From Candidatus Eiseniibacteriota bacterium (GTDB taxonomy: Bacteria > Eisenbacteria > RBG-16-71-46 > CAVPCR01 > CBDCWB01), in NCBI GenBank assembly GCA_965223205.1, contig OZ244990.1, forward strand, positions 2,761,632 through 2,825,631: DNA of 64,000 nt. The letters run 5' to 3'. Every line of letters begins with the position of its first letter. The stretch's first letter is position 1. Made by a program: the position numbers and the translations under genes. Below are positions 46,212 through 55,158 of the stretch, piece after piece. The notes under the pieces are model-generated. The model made no database searches, was not told where the DNA came from, and saw nothing but the letters and a program-made list of their open reading frames with translations.

Positions 46212-48371
46212 ATGTTCGTTCTCGATCTACAGAGCGCCTGGAGCGCTCCAGCGGGGGGCTGTCCGCCGGAAGCCATCGTCCAAGCGGCGCGCGCCCGGGG
46301 CCTCTCGGGCTTCGGACTCGCTGACGTGGGGGACGCCGCCTGGCCCCAGCTCCAAGCCCGAGCAGGCGCCGCCGGGCTCGAGGTGATCCGCGGTTCACGC
46401 CTCCAAGACGGGGACTATGAGTGGGTGGTCTATCCACTGACGCGCTCGGGCCTTCAAGCCTTACCCAATCTGCGCGCTGCAGACCTTCCGGCCCGACGAA
46501 ATGACTATTGTGTGTTGTTGCAAGTGCACGGGGCTGTGCCCTCTCGCGAACAGCTGGCTTTTTGGACCCAGCAAATGGGTGCTGCGTTCCACCTGGCTAT
46601 TCCGGGCCCGTGGTCACTGGAGCTGGCTCGGCTGGGCCGTGCTCTCGGCGTGCCCATCGTTTTAGCACCGCCGGTCTACTTTGTTCGCGCCGAGGACGCG
46701 CTGGTGCATCGCTTGCTCGTGTTGATCCGGGGGGACCACGAGCGGGAGATGCAGGCGCCACGGCCCGGCCAGCCGCCCCAGTCCATGCCGACGTGGCTCA
46801 CTCAGTGCGGCCGGCACAACAGTCTTGAGGGGGCACCGCTCGCCCACCCGCGTGACGCGGCCATCGGCACCGAGCGCCTCTTTCGCCGGGTTCATGCGGC
46901 TCAGGCTGAGCTGTGGAAGCCGGACACCACGGACTTGCGTCTTTCTCCGCGGGTGACCGCCGACGTTGTCACCCAGTTCCGCGCGGTGTTCGCGTCCTTG
47001 GATGACCAGCTCTGCTCGGCTGAAGTGCAAGCCGGGGACGCTTGGCAGTCGTGCGCGCCAGAGGCGTTGGTCGATCGTCTGACGACGGCTGCTGGCCCCA
47101 TGGCTGTGCGCGTCCACCTGCCAGCTGGCCGCACCGCCAGCTTTTTGGCGGCACTCGATGCAGCCGGAGCCTTGGCCCCGCGCGAAGAAGTGACCTTGAC
47201 GCCGGCTGCGGCTGAACAATGGGTGGGCGATTGCTGCCGGCGCGGTGGCCGGCGCGCCCGTGCCATTTTGGGTTACCAGTCCTCGTCTGGCCTCTACGGC
47301 GCCAAGGGGGTGGCTCAACGGTTGGCTGGCGCCTGCCTGGGCGTTCGCACGTCGCTGACCGTGCGTCTCTTGCGGGACGACTGCACGACGCTCGCCATCT
47401 ACGTCGAAGGTTCGGCGGCCCTGGAGTTGCTTGAGGACGTGCAAGGCGGCCAGCACCTGAGCGCACTCCAGCGGGCAGACATCGAGGCCACCAGCTTGAC
47501 TGCAGGCTGTCGCCGGGCGTTGCTGCAACTCGTCGAGGGGCCGCTCCGGACCTCAGATGGCCTTGCCCAGTCTATTGCCCGCCACGCGCCAACGTCGGTT
47601 GCCGGCGTGGCCCGCTCCTTGGAGGCCGCGGCGCCTCCCATTGACCCCGCGCGCGCTACGAATCTGAACGCCCATACCTGCCAAACCACCACCCTCCTCG
47701 AGCCCAAGGCAGGTTTCGTAGCGCGCGCCGTTCATCTTGTTGCTGCCGCGAATGCGCTGCAGCGTGATCCGGCGCGCTTTGCCCGCGCCGTCTTGGCCCG
47801 CACCCCGGTGGCGCGGCGCCAGCGCGCCCTGGCTTGGTGCCTCAGACACCGACTCCTGACGGTGAGCGAGGTGAAGCGCTGGGCGGCGCGTGCGGCGCGG
47901 CGCGACCTCGTTTCGGAAGCAATGATGGGCGCGCCCACGTTTGCACCGTTCGCGGAGGGGCTAGGGCCTCGACCGACTGCGCCCACGTTTGCACTGGATG
48001 GCCCCAAGCTGCGACCGACTACGCCCACGTTTGCACCCGGCAGAAAGCGAAGATCGGCCACCCGAGTCGGGGAGGTTGATCAGCGGTTACCCCGCCTCAG
48101 GCTCTGGCTGCCGCCGCATTTCCAAGGGGAGGCGGTCTTGGCCGACCTCCTGTCGCAAGTCCCTGGTCCCTGCGAAGTGGTGGTGACCGGACCGGGTGCT
48201 TCACGGGCGTTGCGGCGGCGATTGGCTGGAATACGCGTCGACTTGGCTCCAGGACTAATGACCGAGTTGCGGTGCCGGTTGACGGGTGGCGACGTGCGGT
48301 TGATTTTGGGGGAGTGGCGGCGGCGCATTGAACCTGAGTGCGAAGTTGTGGAACGGGCGCTCGCCGGCTAG
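46212..48371 (+). CDS. Degenerate DnaE (Pol III alpha)-like protein, apparently catalytically inactive
   Basis: PHP-like N terminus (S.....G.CPPEAIV.AA...G..G.GLAD); LGVPIVLAPPVYF..AED...HR; remnants of thumb/fingers motifs; alpha-CTD-like end; no PDIDxD motif. Confidence 0.65.
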   Translation: MFVLDLQSAWSAPAGGCPPEAIVQAARARGLSGFGLADVGDAAWPQLQARAGAAGLEVIRGSRLQDGDYEWVVYPLTRSGLQALPNLRAADLPARRNDYCVLLQVHGAVPSREQLAFWTQQMGAAFHLAIPGPWSLELARLGRALGVPIVLAPPVYFVRAEDALVHRLLVLIRGDHEREMQAPRPGQPPQSMPTWLTQCGRHNSLEGAPLAHPRDAAIGTERLFRRVHAAQAELWKPDTTDLRLSPRVTADVVTQFRAVFASLDDQLCSAEVQAGDAWQSCAPEALVDRLTTAAGPMAVRVHLPAGRTASFLAALDAAGALAPREEVTLTPAAAEQWVGDCCRRGGRRARAILGYQSSSGLYGAKGVAQRLAGACLGVRTSLTVRLLRDDCTTLAIYVEGSAALELLEDVQGGQHLSALQRADIEATSLTAGCRRALLQLVEGPLRTSDGLAQSIARHAPTSVAGVARSLEAAAPPIDPARATNLNAHTCQTTTLLEPKAGFVARAVHLVAAANALQRDPARFARAVLARTPVARRQRALAWCLRHRLLTVSEVKRWAARAARRDLVSEAMMGAPTFAPFAEGLGPRPTAPTFALDGPKLRPTTPTFAPGRKRRSATRVGEVDQRLPRLRLWLPPHFQGEAVLADLLSQVPGPCEVVVTGPGASRALRRRLAGIRVDLAPGLMTELRCRLTGGDVRLILGEWRRRIEPECEVVERALAG
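47932..48036 (+). repeat. Three in-frame copies of CGCCCACGTTTGCAC within the DnaE-like gene
   Basis: Copies at 47932, 47980 and 48022 (periods 48 and 42). Copies 2 and 3 also share upstream CGACCGACT. Encodes PTFA three times. Confidence 0.85.
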
Positions 48372-48456
48372 GGCGACTGTTCACCATGGGAAAGTGGACG
48401 CGACCGGTGCGCGTCGGGAAACGGGCAAGCTGCCCGACTACGGGGAGGTTGAAGCA

Positions 48457-49074
48457 ATGAAAACCGAACTCACCGAACGCCAGCGGGAGGTCTATGAGTA
48501 TCTGCTGACGTTTTGGCGCAGCAATGGCTTTCCACCATCGATCCGCGAGGTCGCCCATCACTTTGGTTTCAAATCGACGCGGGCGGTGGTGGACCACCTG
48601 ACCGCCCTGGAGCGCAAAGGCTTCATCATTCGGGGGCGTGAGCGCTCTCGGGCGATTGAGTTTCCGCACGAAGCCAATCCCGGGGCGATGAACGTCATCG
48701 AGTTGCCAGTGGTTGGCAAGATAGCCGCCGGGGAGCCCATCCTGGCGGTGGAGAACGTCGTCGAACGCGTCGCCGTCGACCGGAGCTGGGTTCGGGGCAA
48801 GACGCCGTTTTTGCTGCAGGTGGTAGGCGACTCCATGAAGGACGCCGGTATCCTCGAAGACGACTATGTGGTGGTCAGCAAAGAAAACGACGCACAGAGT
48901 GGCGATGTTGTCGTGGCTCTGCTCGATGACGAAGCCACCGTTAAGACTTTCCGCCGCGACGGTAGGAAAATGGCGTTGCTGCCCCAGAACCGCGCTTATC
49001 GGCCCATCCCCATCGACGGCAACCGGGACTTCCAGATTATCGGCAAGGTGGTGGGGGTCTACCGCCGGCTGTAG
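48457..49074 (+). CDS. lexA: LexA repressor
   Basis: LTERQ, PPSIRE, HL.ALERKG, VG.IAAG cleavage site, GDSM serine, ATVK lysine; GGAGG RBS. Confidence 0.97.
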   Translation: MKTELTERQREVYEYLLTFWRSNGFPPSIREVAHHFGFKSTRAVVDHLTALERKGFIIRGRERSRAIEFPHEANPGAMNVIELPVVGKIAAGEPILAVENVVERVAVDRSWVRGKTPFLLQVVGDSMKDAGILEDDYVVVSKENDAQSGDVVVALLDDEATVKTFRRDGRKMALLPQNRAYRPIPIDGNRDFQIIGKVVGVYRRL

Positions 49075-49169
49075 AGCGGCTGGATCCAGGCGCGGCGCAG
49101 AACGCCGCCCAGGCTGCCGGGGGGGCGAAAGAGCCCAGGCCGCGCCGGTACCCGGCGGGCGGGCCCGGT

Positions 49170-49198
49170 TTGACGGCCCCGATCGAGTTCAGTATAGT
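49170..49198 (+). promoter_or_regulatory. Sigma70 promoter of tRNA-Glu
   Basis: TTGACG-N17-TATAGT. Confidence 0.75.
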
Positions 49199-49244
49199 GC
49201 CCCGCGCGGCTTCGCTAACCCGGAGCCGCGCCTCTCGTTTGCAT

Positions 49245-49322
<78 letters not shown>

Positions 49323-49335
49323 ATTTCAACCGCAC

Positions 49336-50601
49336 TTACGTGGTCTGCCACACAGTGGCGACAGGGAGCGCCGACAAGCGGTTGCCGAATCGGAGTCGTC
49401 GGTTGCCGGTGTAGAGAACTGCGCCATGGACGAATTGCGTTCCGAGCCGATCTCTCATCAACTCCAGCCACCGGAAGTCGTCTTTAGCTACGGATTGCCC
49501 GGATTTAATCTCTAGCGCTACAACCCGTCCGTCTCGTGCTTCCGCGACCAGGTCAACCTCTGCACCATCGCGATCCTTGAAGTGATAGAGGTCAACGCTG
49601 ACAGCAGCCCATGTGGCTTGCTTGGCAAGTTCGGTGACGACGAATGTTTCCAAGAGCAGTCCGGATGCCGGCGACGTGGGGCGAGCGAGAGCACTGGGGT
49701 CAACGCCGAGCATGTGCGCTCCAACGCCCGTGTCGGTGAGGTGAAGCTTGGGACGGCGCTTCGCTTTTGACGTCAGGTTCTGAGACCACGCGGGGAGTCG
49801 ATGAATCAGGTACACCGTTTCGAGGAGGGGAAGGTAGTTGTGGAGCGTTTGATCGTCGAGTGACGCCCGGCGAGCGAGCTGTGCCACGTTCAACTCTTGC
49901 GCAGAGAGCCCGGCAAGGAGCCGAAGGAGCCGCGGCAGTTCTGCAGCCTGACGCATTCGCGACAACTCCTTGATGTCGCGCTGGGTGACGGTTCTGACGT
50001 ACGCATCGAACCATGCGGAGCGCGATCGCGCCGATCGCTTCGCGGCGGCTTCAGGGAAGCCGCCGAGGCAAACTCGGCGGAAGAGCGACGCTCGGTTGAT
50101 TGGTGATGACTTCGATTCGGCGAGGGTATCTGGAGAGTCGAAGATTCGATCCAGAAAGCACTCGGTCTCGCCGGATAGCTCGCCCTGTGAGAATGGCCAT
50201 AGGTCTACGATTTGCGCTCGACCTGCAAGCGACTCTGAAAGTGTCGGAACGGTCAGGAACCTCGTCGATCCGGCCAAGACGAAGCGCCCAGGTGTGGGGT
50301 CGAGGTCGACCTGAGCTTTGATTGCTCGGAGTAGTGGATCACCCGCCCGTTGAACCTCGTCGATGAGGAGTGGTGTGGGGAAGCCGGTAACAAAGCCAAC
50401 GGGGTCAGCTCGCGCGGCGTCGAGAATGTCCGAATCGTCGAAAGTGACCGAGGTGCCTCCTATCGTCGCGTGCAACTGCCCCATCAGCACGGTCTTGCCG
50501 GATTGTCGGGCGCCGTTGACAACGGTGACCCGGAAGTCGGCTACGCTGTCGCGCAGGGCGTTCATCACGTTTCGGGACATGTACTTGGGAGACTTTGGCA
50601 T
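49336..50601 (-). CDS. Second AAA_14-DUF4143 ATPase/nuclease-like protein
   Basis: GARQSGKT, LIDEVQR, LAGS, ESLAGRA, PKLHLTDTG, EVDLV...VALEIKS. Ends 13 nt from the tRNA-Glu 3' end. Confidence 0.9.
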   Translation of the reverse strand: MPKSPKYMSRNVMNALRDSVADFRVTVVNGARQSGKTVLMGQLHATIGGTSVTFDDSDILDAARADPVGFVTGFPTPLLIDEVQRAGDPLLRAIKAQVDLDPTPGRFVLAGSTRFLTVPTLSESLAGRAQIVDLWPFSQGELSGETECFLDRIFDSPDTLAESKSSPINRASLFRRVCLGGFPEAAAKRSARSRSAWFDAYVRTVTQRDIKELSRMRQAAELPRLLRLLAGLSAQELNVAQLARRASLDDQTLHNYLPLLETVYLIHRLPAWSQNLTSKAKRRPKLHLTDTGVGAHMLGVDPSALARPTSPASGLLLETFVVTELAKQATWAAVSVDLYHFKDRDGAEVDLVAEARDGRVVALEIKSGQSVAKDDFRWLELMRDRLGTQFVHGAVLYTGNRRLRFGNRLSALPVATVWQTT

Positions 50602-50620
50602 CTTGTCGATTTCTCGGAAC

Positions 50621-50678
50621 TAGAGATTCGTCGCCTCTAACTTAGAGAAATGTCGTTGCAAAAGCTAGAGAAATGTCG
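50621..50678. repeat. Iteron-like direct repeats upstream of the AAA-DUF4143 gene
   Basis: TAGAGAAATGTCG at 50643 and 50666; degenerate TAGAGATTCGTCG at 50621 (22-23-bp period). Confidence 0.7.
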
Positions 50679-50739
50679 AGCCGCTCCGGGGGGGGAACGC
50701 CACTTCTTAACGCATCTGGCGCAGCGCTCTCCCTAACCA

Positions 50740-51780
50740 TCAGGGCCAGCGATAGAGAGCGATGCCGATCGACATGCCACCGCCGAAGCCGGCGAGGATA
50801 AGCAAGTCGTCGCGTGCGAACGTACCCTGCGAAGCATGGTGCGCGAGCGTGATGGGGATCGATGCCGACGAGGTATTGCCGCGTTCGACGATGCGGGTCA
50901 GCACATTCTCGGCAGGTACGGCGACGCCCTTGCCGATCTCCTGGACCATCCCCAGGTTGGCGTTGTGCGGTAGGAGATAGACCTGCGCGTTCGTGGGTTC
51001 GATCTCGTCGAGCAGGCGCTTGATCTCGGCTGAGACGACGCGGATGGCGTAGCGATGGATGTCTTTGCCGTGGTTCCCCATCGAGGCGTCGGAGTAGTCG
51101 ACGTTTTGATGATCCAAGTGCGTGCCGAGCCCGACGCTGCGGGTCCAGTGCGCGTACTGTCCGTCAGAGATCGCCCGATCGGCGATGATCCCGTTCGAGC
51201 CATCACCCGACGGATCGTACTCGAGAACGACGGCTCCACCTCCGTCGCCCCACAGGCAATAGCTCAGGGTCGTGGGGGCGTTGAGGCGAGTGCCGATGCT
51301 CTCACCCGTGGCGACCAGACCGTAGCGAAGCTGTTTGTCTCGCATGCGACTGGCGGCGAGTAGGAGCGCATCGATCCAGGACGTACAGGCGAGCGAGATG
51401 TCGCGGGCCTCGCAGTGTTCGGGTGCGATCCCCAGCTCGTGCTGCAGTTGGCAAGCGCAGGCGGGAAAGACGTTCTCGGGCGTCGAACCGCCGGAGTGGA
51501 TGAGCTCGATTTGGGCGGCATCGAAGTTTCCGGCAGTGCGCTCCTTGGCGTCGGCGACGGCGTTGCGAGCGGCTTCGAGGGCATGCTCGGTCGAGCTGCG
51601 TTGCGACCACCAGCGGTTGCGGATGCCGACCAGGCGCTCGGTGTCATCGCCGGACTTGCCACGCGTGTCGCCGCCGTGCTCGGCAAGGCGCTTGAGCACC
51701 TCGTCGTTGGAAACGAGCTGTTCAGGTGGGGGCGTCGACTCTCCGAAACCAATGAAGCGAATGCTCGCCGGCGACTTCAA
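50740..51780 (-). CDS. fabH: 3-oxoacyl-ACP synthase III (FabH-like), standalone
   Basis: DISLACTSW (Cys), LWGDGGGA, PHNAN (His), GNTSSASIP (Asn), GFGGG. TTG 51780 with AGGGAG RBS; ATG 51810 is an alternative start. Confidence 0.8.
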   Translation of the reverse strand: MKSPASIRFIGFGESTPPPEQLVSNDEVLKRLAEHGGDTRGKSGDDTERLVGIRNRWWSQRSSTEHALEAARNAVADAKERTAGNFDAAQIELIHSGGSTPENVFPACACQLQHELGIAPEHCEARDISLACTSWIDALLLAASRMRDKQLRYGLVATGESIGTRLNAPTTLSYCLWGDGGGAVVLEYDPSGDGSNGIIADRAISDGQYAHWTRSVGLGTHLDHQNVDYSDASMGNHGKDIHRYAIRVVSAEIKRLLDEIEPTNAQVYLLPHNANLGMVQEIGKGVAVPAENVLTRIVERGNTSSASIPITLAHHASQGTFARDDLLILAGFGGGMSIGIALYRWP

Positions 51781-51832
51781 TGCGGCACTCCCTGCCTGGC
51801 GCCTCAACATCCTGGTCGGGCGCGGTTCTGAG

Positions 51833-53383
51833 CTAGCGCGCCAGCACCAACCTGCCGCGTGCCGCTTGCTCTCCAGCATTGAGCTGGTAGAAGTAGACTC
51901 CAGAGCCCAACGGCTGGCCGGCAGCGTTTCGGCCATCGAAGCGCAGAGCGTGCTCGCCGGCCTCCTGGCGCCCCTCGTGCACGACCCTCAAGAGCTGGCC
52001 GCGCGCCGAGTAGATCGCCACCCGCACCGGCGCCGCCGCCTCGAGGGCGTAGTGCAGCGTGGTGTGCGGATTGAAGGGGTTGGGTACCACCCGCGCCCGG
52101 AGGGCCCCCACGGCCAAAGTGGCGGGGGCCGGGGTGATCCCGGTCGTGGCGATTTCACTCAACAGAGTCGGCCGGTCAAACGGAAAGGCCTCCATCTCCA
52201 CCCGCGGATCGGTCAAGCCGTCGGTCACGAACGCCAAGAGGTCTGGGTGGTCCTCGGCCGGGATGGTCAGCGGCAGGAGCGAATCCTGGTTGGTGGGGAA
52301 CTGGTCTTCCGGCGTCACGTAGAAATTGACCACCCGGTTCAAGGAGGTGATCCGGCCGGTATGCATGAAGAGGAACTTGATGCCGACGTTGCGGAGGGAG
52401 GGCATCTTGAAGCGGCCCGCGTCCTCGGGAAGACCGGTCACTTCTTGGCGGCCCGTGTCCTCTTCGATCGGCCGCAGGCCAATGTTGCGAAACGAGTGAT
52501 CTGAGAAAAATGGCGGAGTGTGGCAGTCAGAGCAACCACCGGTCTCGAAGATCGCTAAGCCGCTTTGCTGCTCGGCGGTCAGAGCGTTGGGGTCTCCCGC
52601 TTCGAACAGGTCCCAGGGTGTTTGGTCTGGGTAGAGGGTGCGTTCGTAGGTGGCGATGGCGAAGGCAATCCGCGCCGGCGTGATTGCTGGGTCGCCAAAG
52701 GCGCCGGCAAAGAGGTCGCCATAGCTCGGGTCGCTGGTTACCGCCGCCGCCATGTCGGGCGGCAGGTTGGTGGCCAGGGCCAGGGGCGCCGCCCAGGTCA
52801 GCTTGTTGATGACGTCGTCCCAGGTGCGACCTTCGAAGGCCATCTCCACGTCGTTCAGGATCGGGCCCACCGCCTGGCTCTCGAGTCCGCCACCGGTCGG
52901 AATCAGTACCTCGTCGGTGATCGGGTCGCGGAACTCACTGGGGGCCCGGCCGTCCCAGAAGTTGTCGGGTGCGTACTGGGAGGTGATGAATGGCTGGGCG
53001 TTACGCCGCGTGACCCGCGGATCGAACCCGAACTGGGGGTCGTCGATGGGGTTGCCGTTGACGTCGTGGCGCGCCAGGCCAGCCGACCCAAACACGTCGT
53101 CTTCGGTGTTGAACAGGCCGTCGAAACCCGGATGGCGAGACAGTCGCGGGTCACCCCCAGCCTTTGCGGGGATGTGGCAGGTGCCACAGGCAATGGTGCC
53201 GTCGGAAGACAGCTGCTCATCCCAAAAGAGAATCTTTCCGAGGATGCGCTTGGCCTCGGTGATCGGGTTTTCGGGCGGCACCGGCACGGGTGGGAGCCCT
53301 TGACCTGTGGCAGGGAAGGTGGCGGCGAGGGTGCCGACCGCCGCAAGAGCCAGAGACAGCCACGGGTGGTTGGGGGGCTTCAT
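51833..53383 (-). CDS. Di-haem cytochrome c peroxidase/MauG-family protein with C-terminal FlgD-Ig domain
   Basis: Signal peptide; LGKILFWDEQLS, CGTCH, FWDGRA, CSDCH, FKMPSLRNV, MHTG; PNPFNP...SGVYFY tail. Confidence 0.88.
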   Translation of the reverse strand: MKPPNHPWLSLALAAVGTLAATFPATGQGLPPVPVPPENPITEAKRILGKILFWDEQLSSDGTIACGTCHIPAKAGGDPRLSRHPGFDGLFNTEDDVFGSAGLARHDVNGNPIDDPQFGFDPRVTRRNAQPFITSQYAPDNFWDGRAPSEFRDPITDEVLIPTGGGLESQAVGPILNDVEMAFEGRTWDDVINKLTWAAPLALATNLPPDMAAAVTSDPSYGDLFAGAFGDPAITPARIAFAIATYERTLYPDQTPWDLFEAGDPNALTAEQQSGLAIFETGGCSDCHTPPFFSDHSFRNIGLRPIEEDTGRQEVTGLPEDAGRFKMPSLRNVGIKFLFMHTGRITSLNRVVNFYVTPEDQFPTNQDSLLPLTIPAEDHPDLLAFVTDGLTDPRVEMEAFPFDRPTLLSEIATTGITPAPATLAVGALRARVVPNPFNPHTTLHYALEAAAPVRVAIYSARGQLLRVVHEGRQEAGEHALRFDGRNAAGQPLGSGVYFYQLNAGEQAARGRLVLAR

Positions 53384-53604
53384 TCGGACCTTCCTTGAGT
53401 GCAGGTTGCCACTCGGCAAAGCCGCGGGCGTCCCCGCGGCGCCAGCTCCATCCTACTGCTACCTAACGTCTATCTAATGATAGCGGATCGAGCCAGATCG
53501 TGCGGCAGGGCGGCCATGAGGGGCCCCCCGAAGTGGTTCGACCGGACAGGACTCGGCTATGCTTATCGGGTGCTCAAACACTTTTCTCTCCCTGGAGACC
53601 TCAC

Positions 53605-55158
53605 GTGGAACACACCCTCAAGCGTTCGACTCTAAGACTCGCGCTTGCCCCGTCCGCCGGGCGAGCGATCTTGGCGTTTGCCATCCTCGTCGCAGCGCTG
53701 GCCCCGGCGGGCGCCGCCACCGTGCCCGACGGATTCGTCGATGCGCTCGTGGCTCCCTCGTTGGCTTCACCAGCGGGACTGGCGTTTTTGCCCGACGGGC
53801 GCCTCTTAGTCACCGAACAGTTCACCGCCCGGGTCAAGATTGTGTCGCCTGGAGCCGGGGCCGCCACGACGATTTTCACGGTGCCCGATGTGATCTCTGG
53901 CGGCGAGCGTGGCCTCTTGGGGGTTGCCGTCGATCCGGGTTGGCCGGCCCGGCCGTATCTCTACTTCAACTTCAGCCATGCCGGGTCAGCGATCTATGTG
54001 CGGATGTACACCGTCGCGGGCGACCTGACCGATCCGACCTCCACCAACCTCACCCTCGCTGATCCGTACAACATCCTAGTGGACATTCCAGACTTTGCGT
54101 TCAACCACAACGGTGGGACGCTGCGCTTCGGTCTGGACGGTAAGCTCTTGGTGAGTACCGGCGACGACGCCTCCGCCTGCGACGCGCAGGATCTCACCTC
54201 CTTGAGCGGCAAGATTCTGCGTCTGGATGTCGATGCCCTGCCGGGGGCGGGGAGCGGACCACCGCCCAAGAGCGACATCACCCCGGCTGACAACCCCTTT
54301 CCGGGCCCGGACGAGAACGAGCGCTTGGTCTGGTGCCACGGTCTCAGAAATCCGTTTCGGTTTAGCGTCGACCCGGTGACTGGTAAGCTTTACATCGGCG
54401 ACGTCGGCTCGTTCCAATGGGAGGAAGTGAACGAGGCCCAAGGCAGCGAGAACTTCGGTTGGCCCAAGCGCGAAGGGGCGCACCCCGGACCCGGGGGTTG
54501 CGGGACCGACGGCATCGATCCCATTTGGGAGTACCCGAACACCGCTGGGGCGTCGGTCATGTGCGGGCCGCGCTACCGGCTGGGGCCGCCGGCGTCCTTC
54601 CCGGCCGAGTACGACGGCAGTCTGTTCGTACACGACTACTACGCCGGCGACCTAAAGCGGCTGGTGGAGCAAGGCGGCAGTTGGAGCGTGGCGCCGGCGG
54701 TCCCCGGCCAGCCCGAACCCACCAGTTGGGCGACCGGGCTGTCGTTTGTGCCGGAGATGATCCAGGGGCCCGACGGAGCCCTCTACTACCCTAGTCAAAG
54801 TGCCGGTCAGGTTAGGCGGATCGCCGCGGACCTCGTGCTGGGCGCCGGCGAGCCCGAGCCGCTCGATGCGCTCGACCCGCTCCGCCTCATCGCCCGTCCC
54901 AATCCAATCCGGACGGCGGGTGGCACCTCCCTGCGCTTCGTCGCCCGCCGTGCTGGGACCGCCGAGCTGGCGGTCTACGATGTCCTGGGTGCCAAGGTTC
55001 TCGGATTGGCTTCCGAGGTGGCAGGGCCCGGGCAGCAGGTTTTGGCCTGGGATGGACGCACCGGCCGGGGTGAGCGTCTCGAGGCGGGGGTCTACTTCCT
55101 CCGCATCCTGGCACCTGGGGTGCCGGCTCAGGTGACCAAACTGGTGGTCAGCCGATGA
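53605..55158 (+). CDS. PQQ-dependent glucose/sorbosone (GSDH) beta-propeller dehydrogenase with FlgD-Ig tail
   Basis: P.GLAFLPDG, GERGLLG.A.DP, HNGG.L.FG.DG.L, GKILR, GLRNPFR, DVG...WEEVN, NFGWP. GTG 53605 with GGAG RBS. Confidence 0.87.
   Translation: MEHTLKRSTLRLALAPSAGRAILAFAILVAALAPAGAATVPDGFVDALVAPSLASPAGLAFLPDGRLLVTEQFTARVKIVSPGAGAATTIFTVPDVISGGERGLLGVAVDPGWPARPYLYFNFSHAGSAIYVRMYTVAGDLTDPTSTNLTLADPYNILVDIPDFAFNHNGGTLRFGLDGKLLVSTGDDASACDAQDLTSLSGKILRLDVDALPGAGSGPPPKSDITPADNPFPGPDENERLVWCHGLRNPFRFSVDPVTGKLYIGDVGSFQWEEVNEAQGSENFGWPKREGAHPGPGGCGTDGIDPIWEYPNTAGASVMCGPRYRLGPPASFPAEYDGSLFVHDYYAGDLKRLVEQGGSWSVAPAVPGQPEPTSWATGLSFVPEMIQGPDGALYYPSQSAGQVRRIAADLVLGAGEPEPLDALDPLRLIARPNPIRTAGGTSLRFVARRAGTAELAVYDVLGAKVLGLASEVAGPGQQVLAWDGRTGRGERLEAGVYFLRILAPGVPAQVTKLVVSR

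Noticed and set aside
47932-48036. Mini CRISPR array
   Set aside because: Repeats are only 15 bp, non-palindromic, in frame within a CDS, and no cas genes are present in the window.
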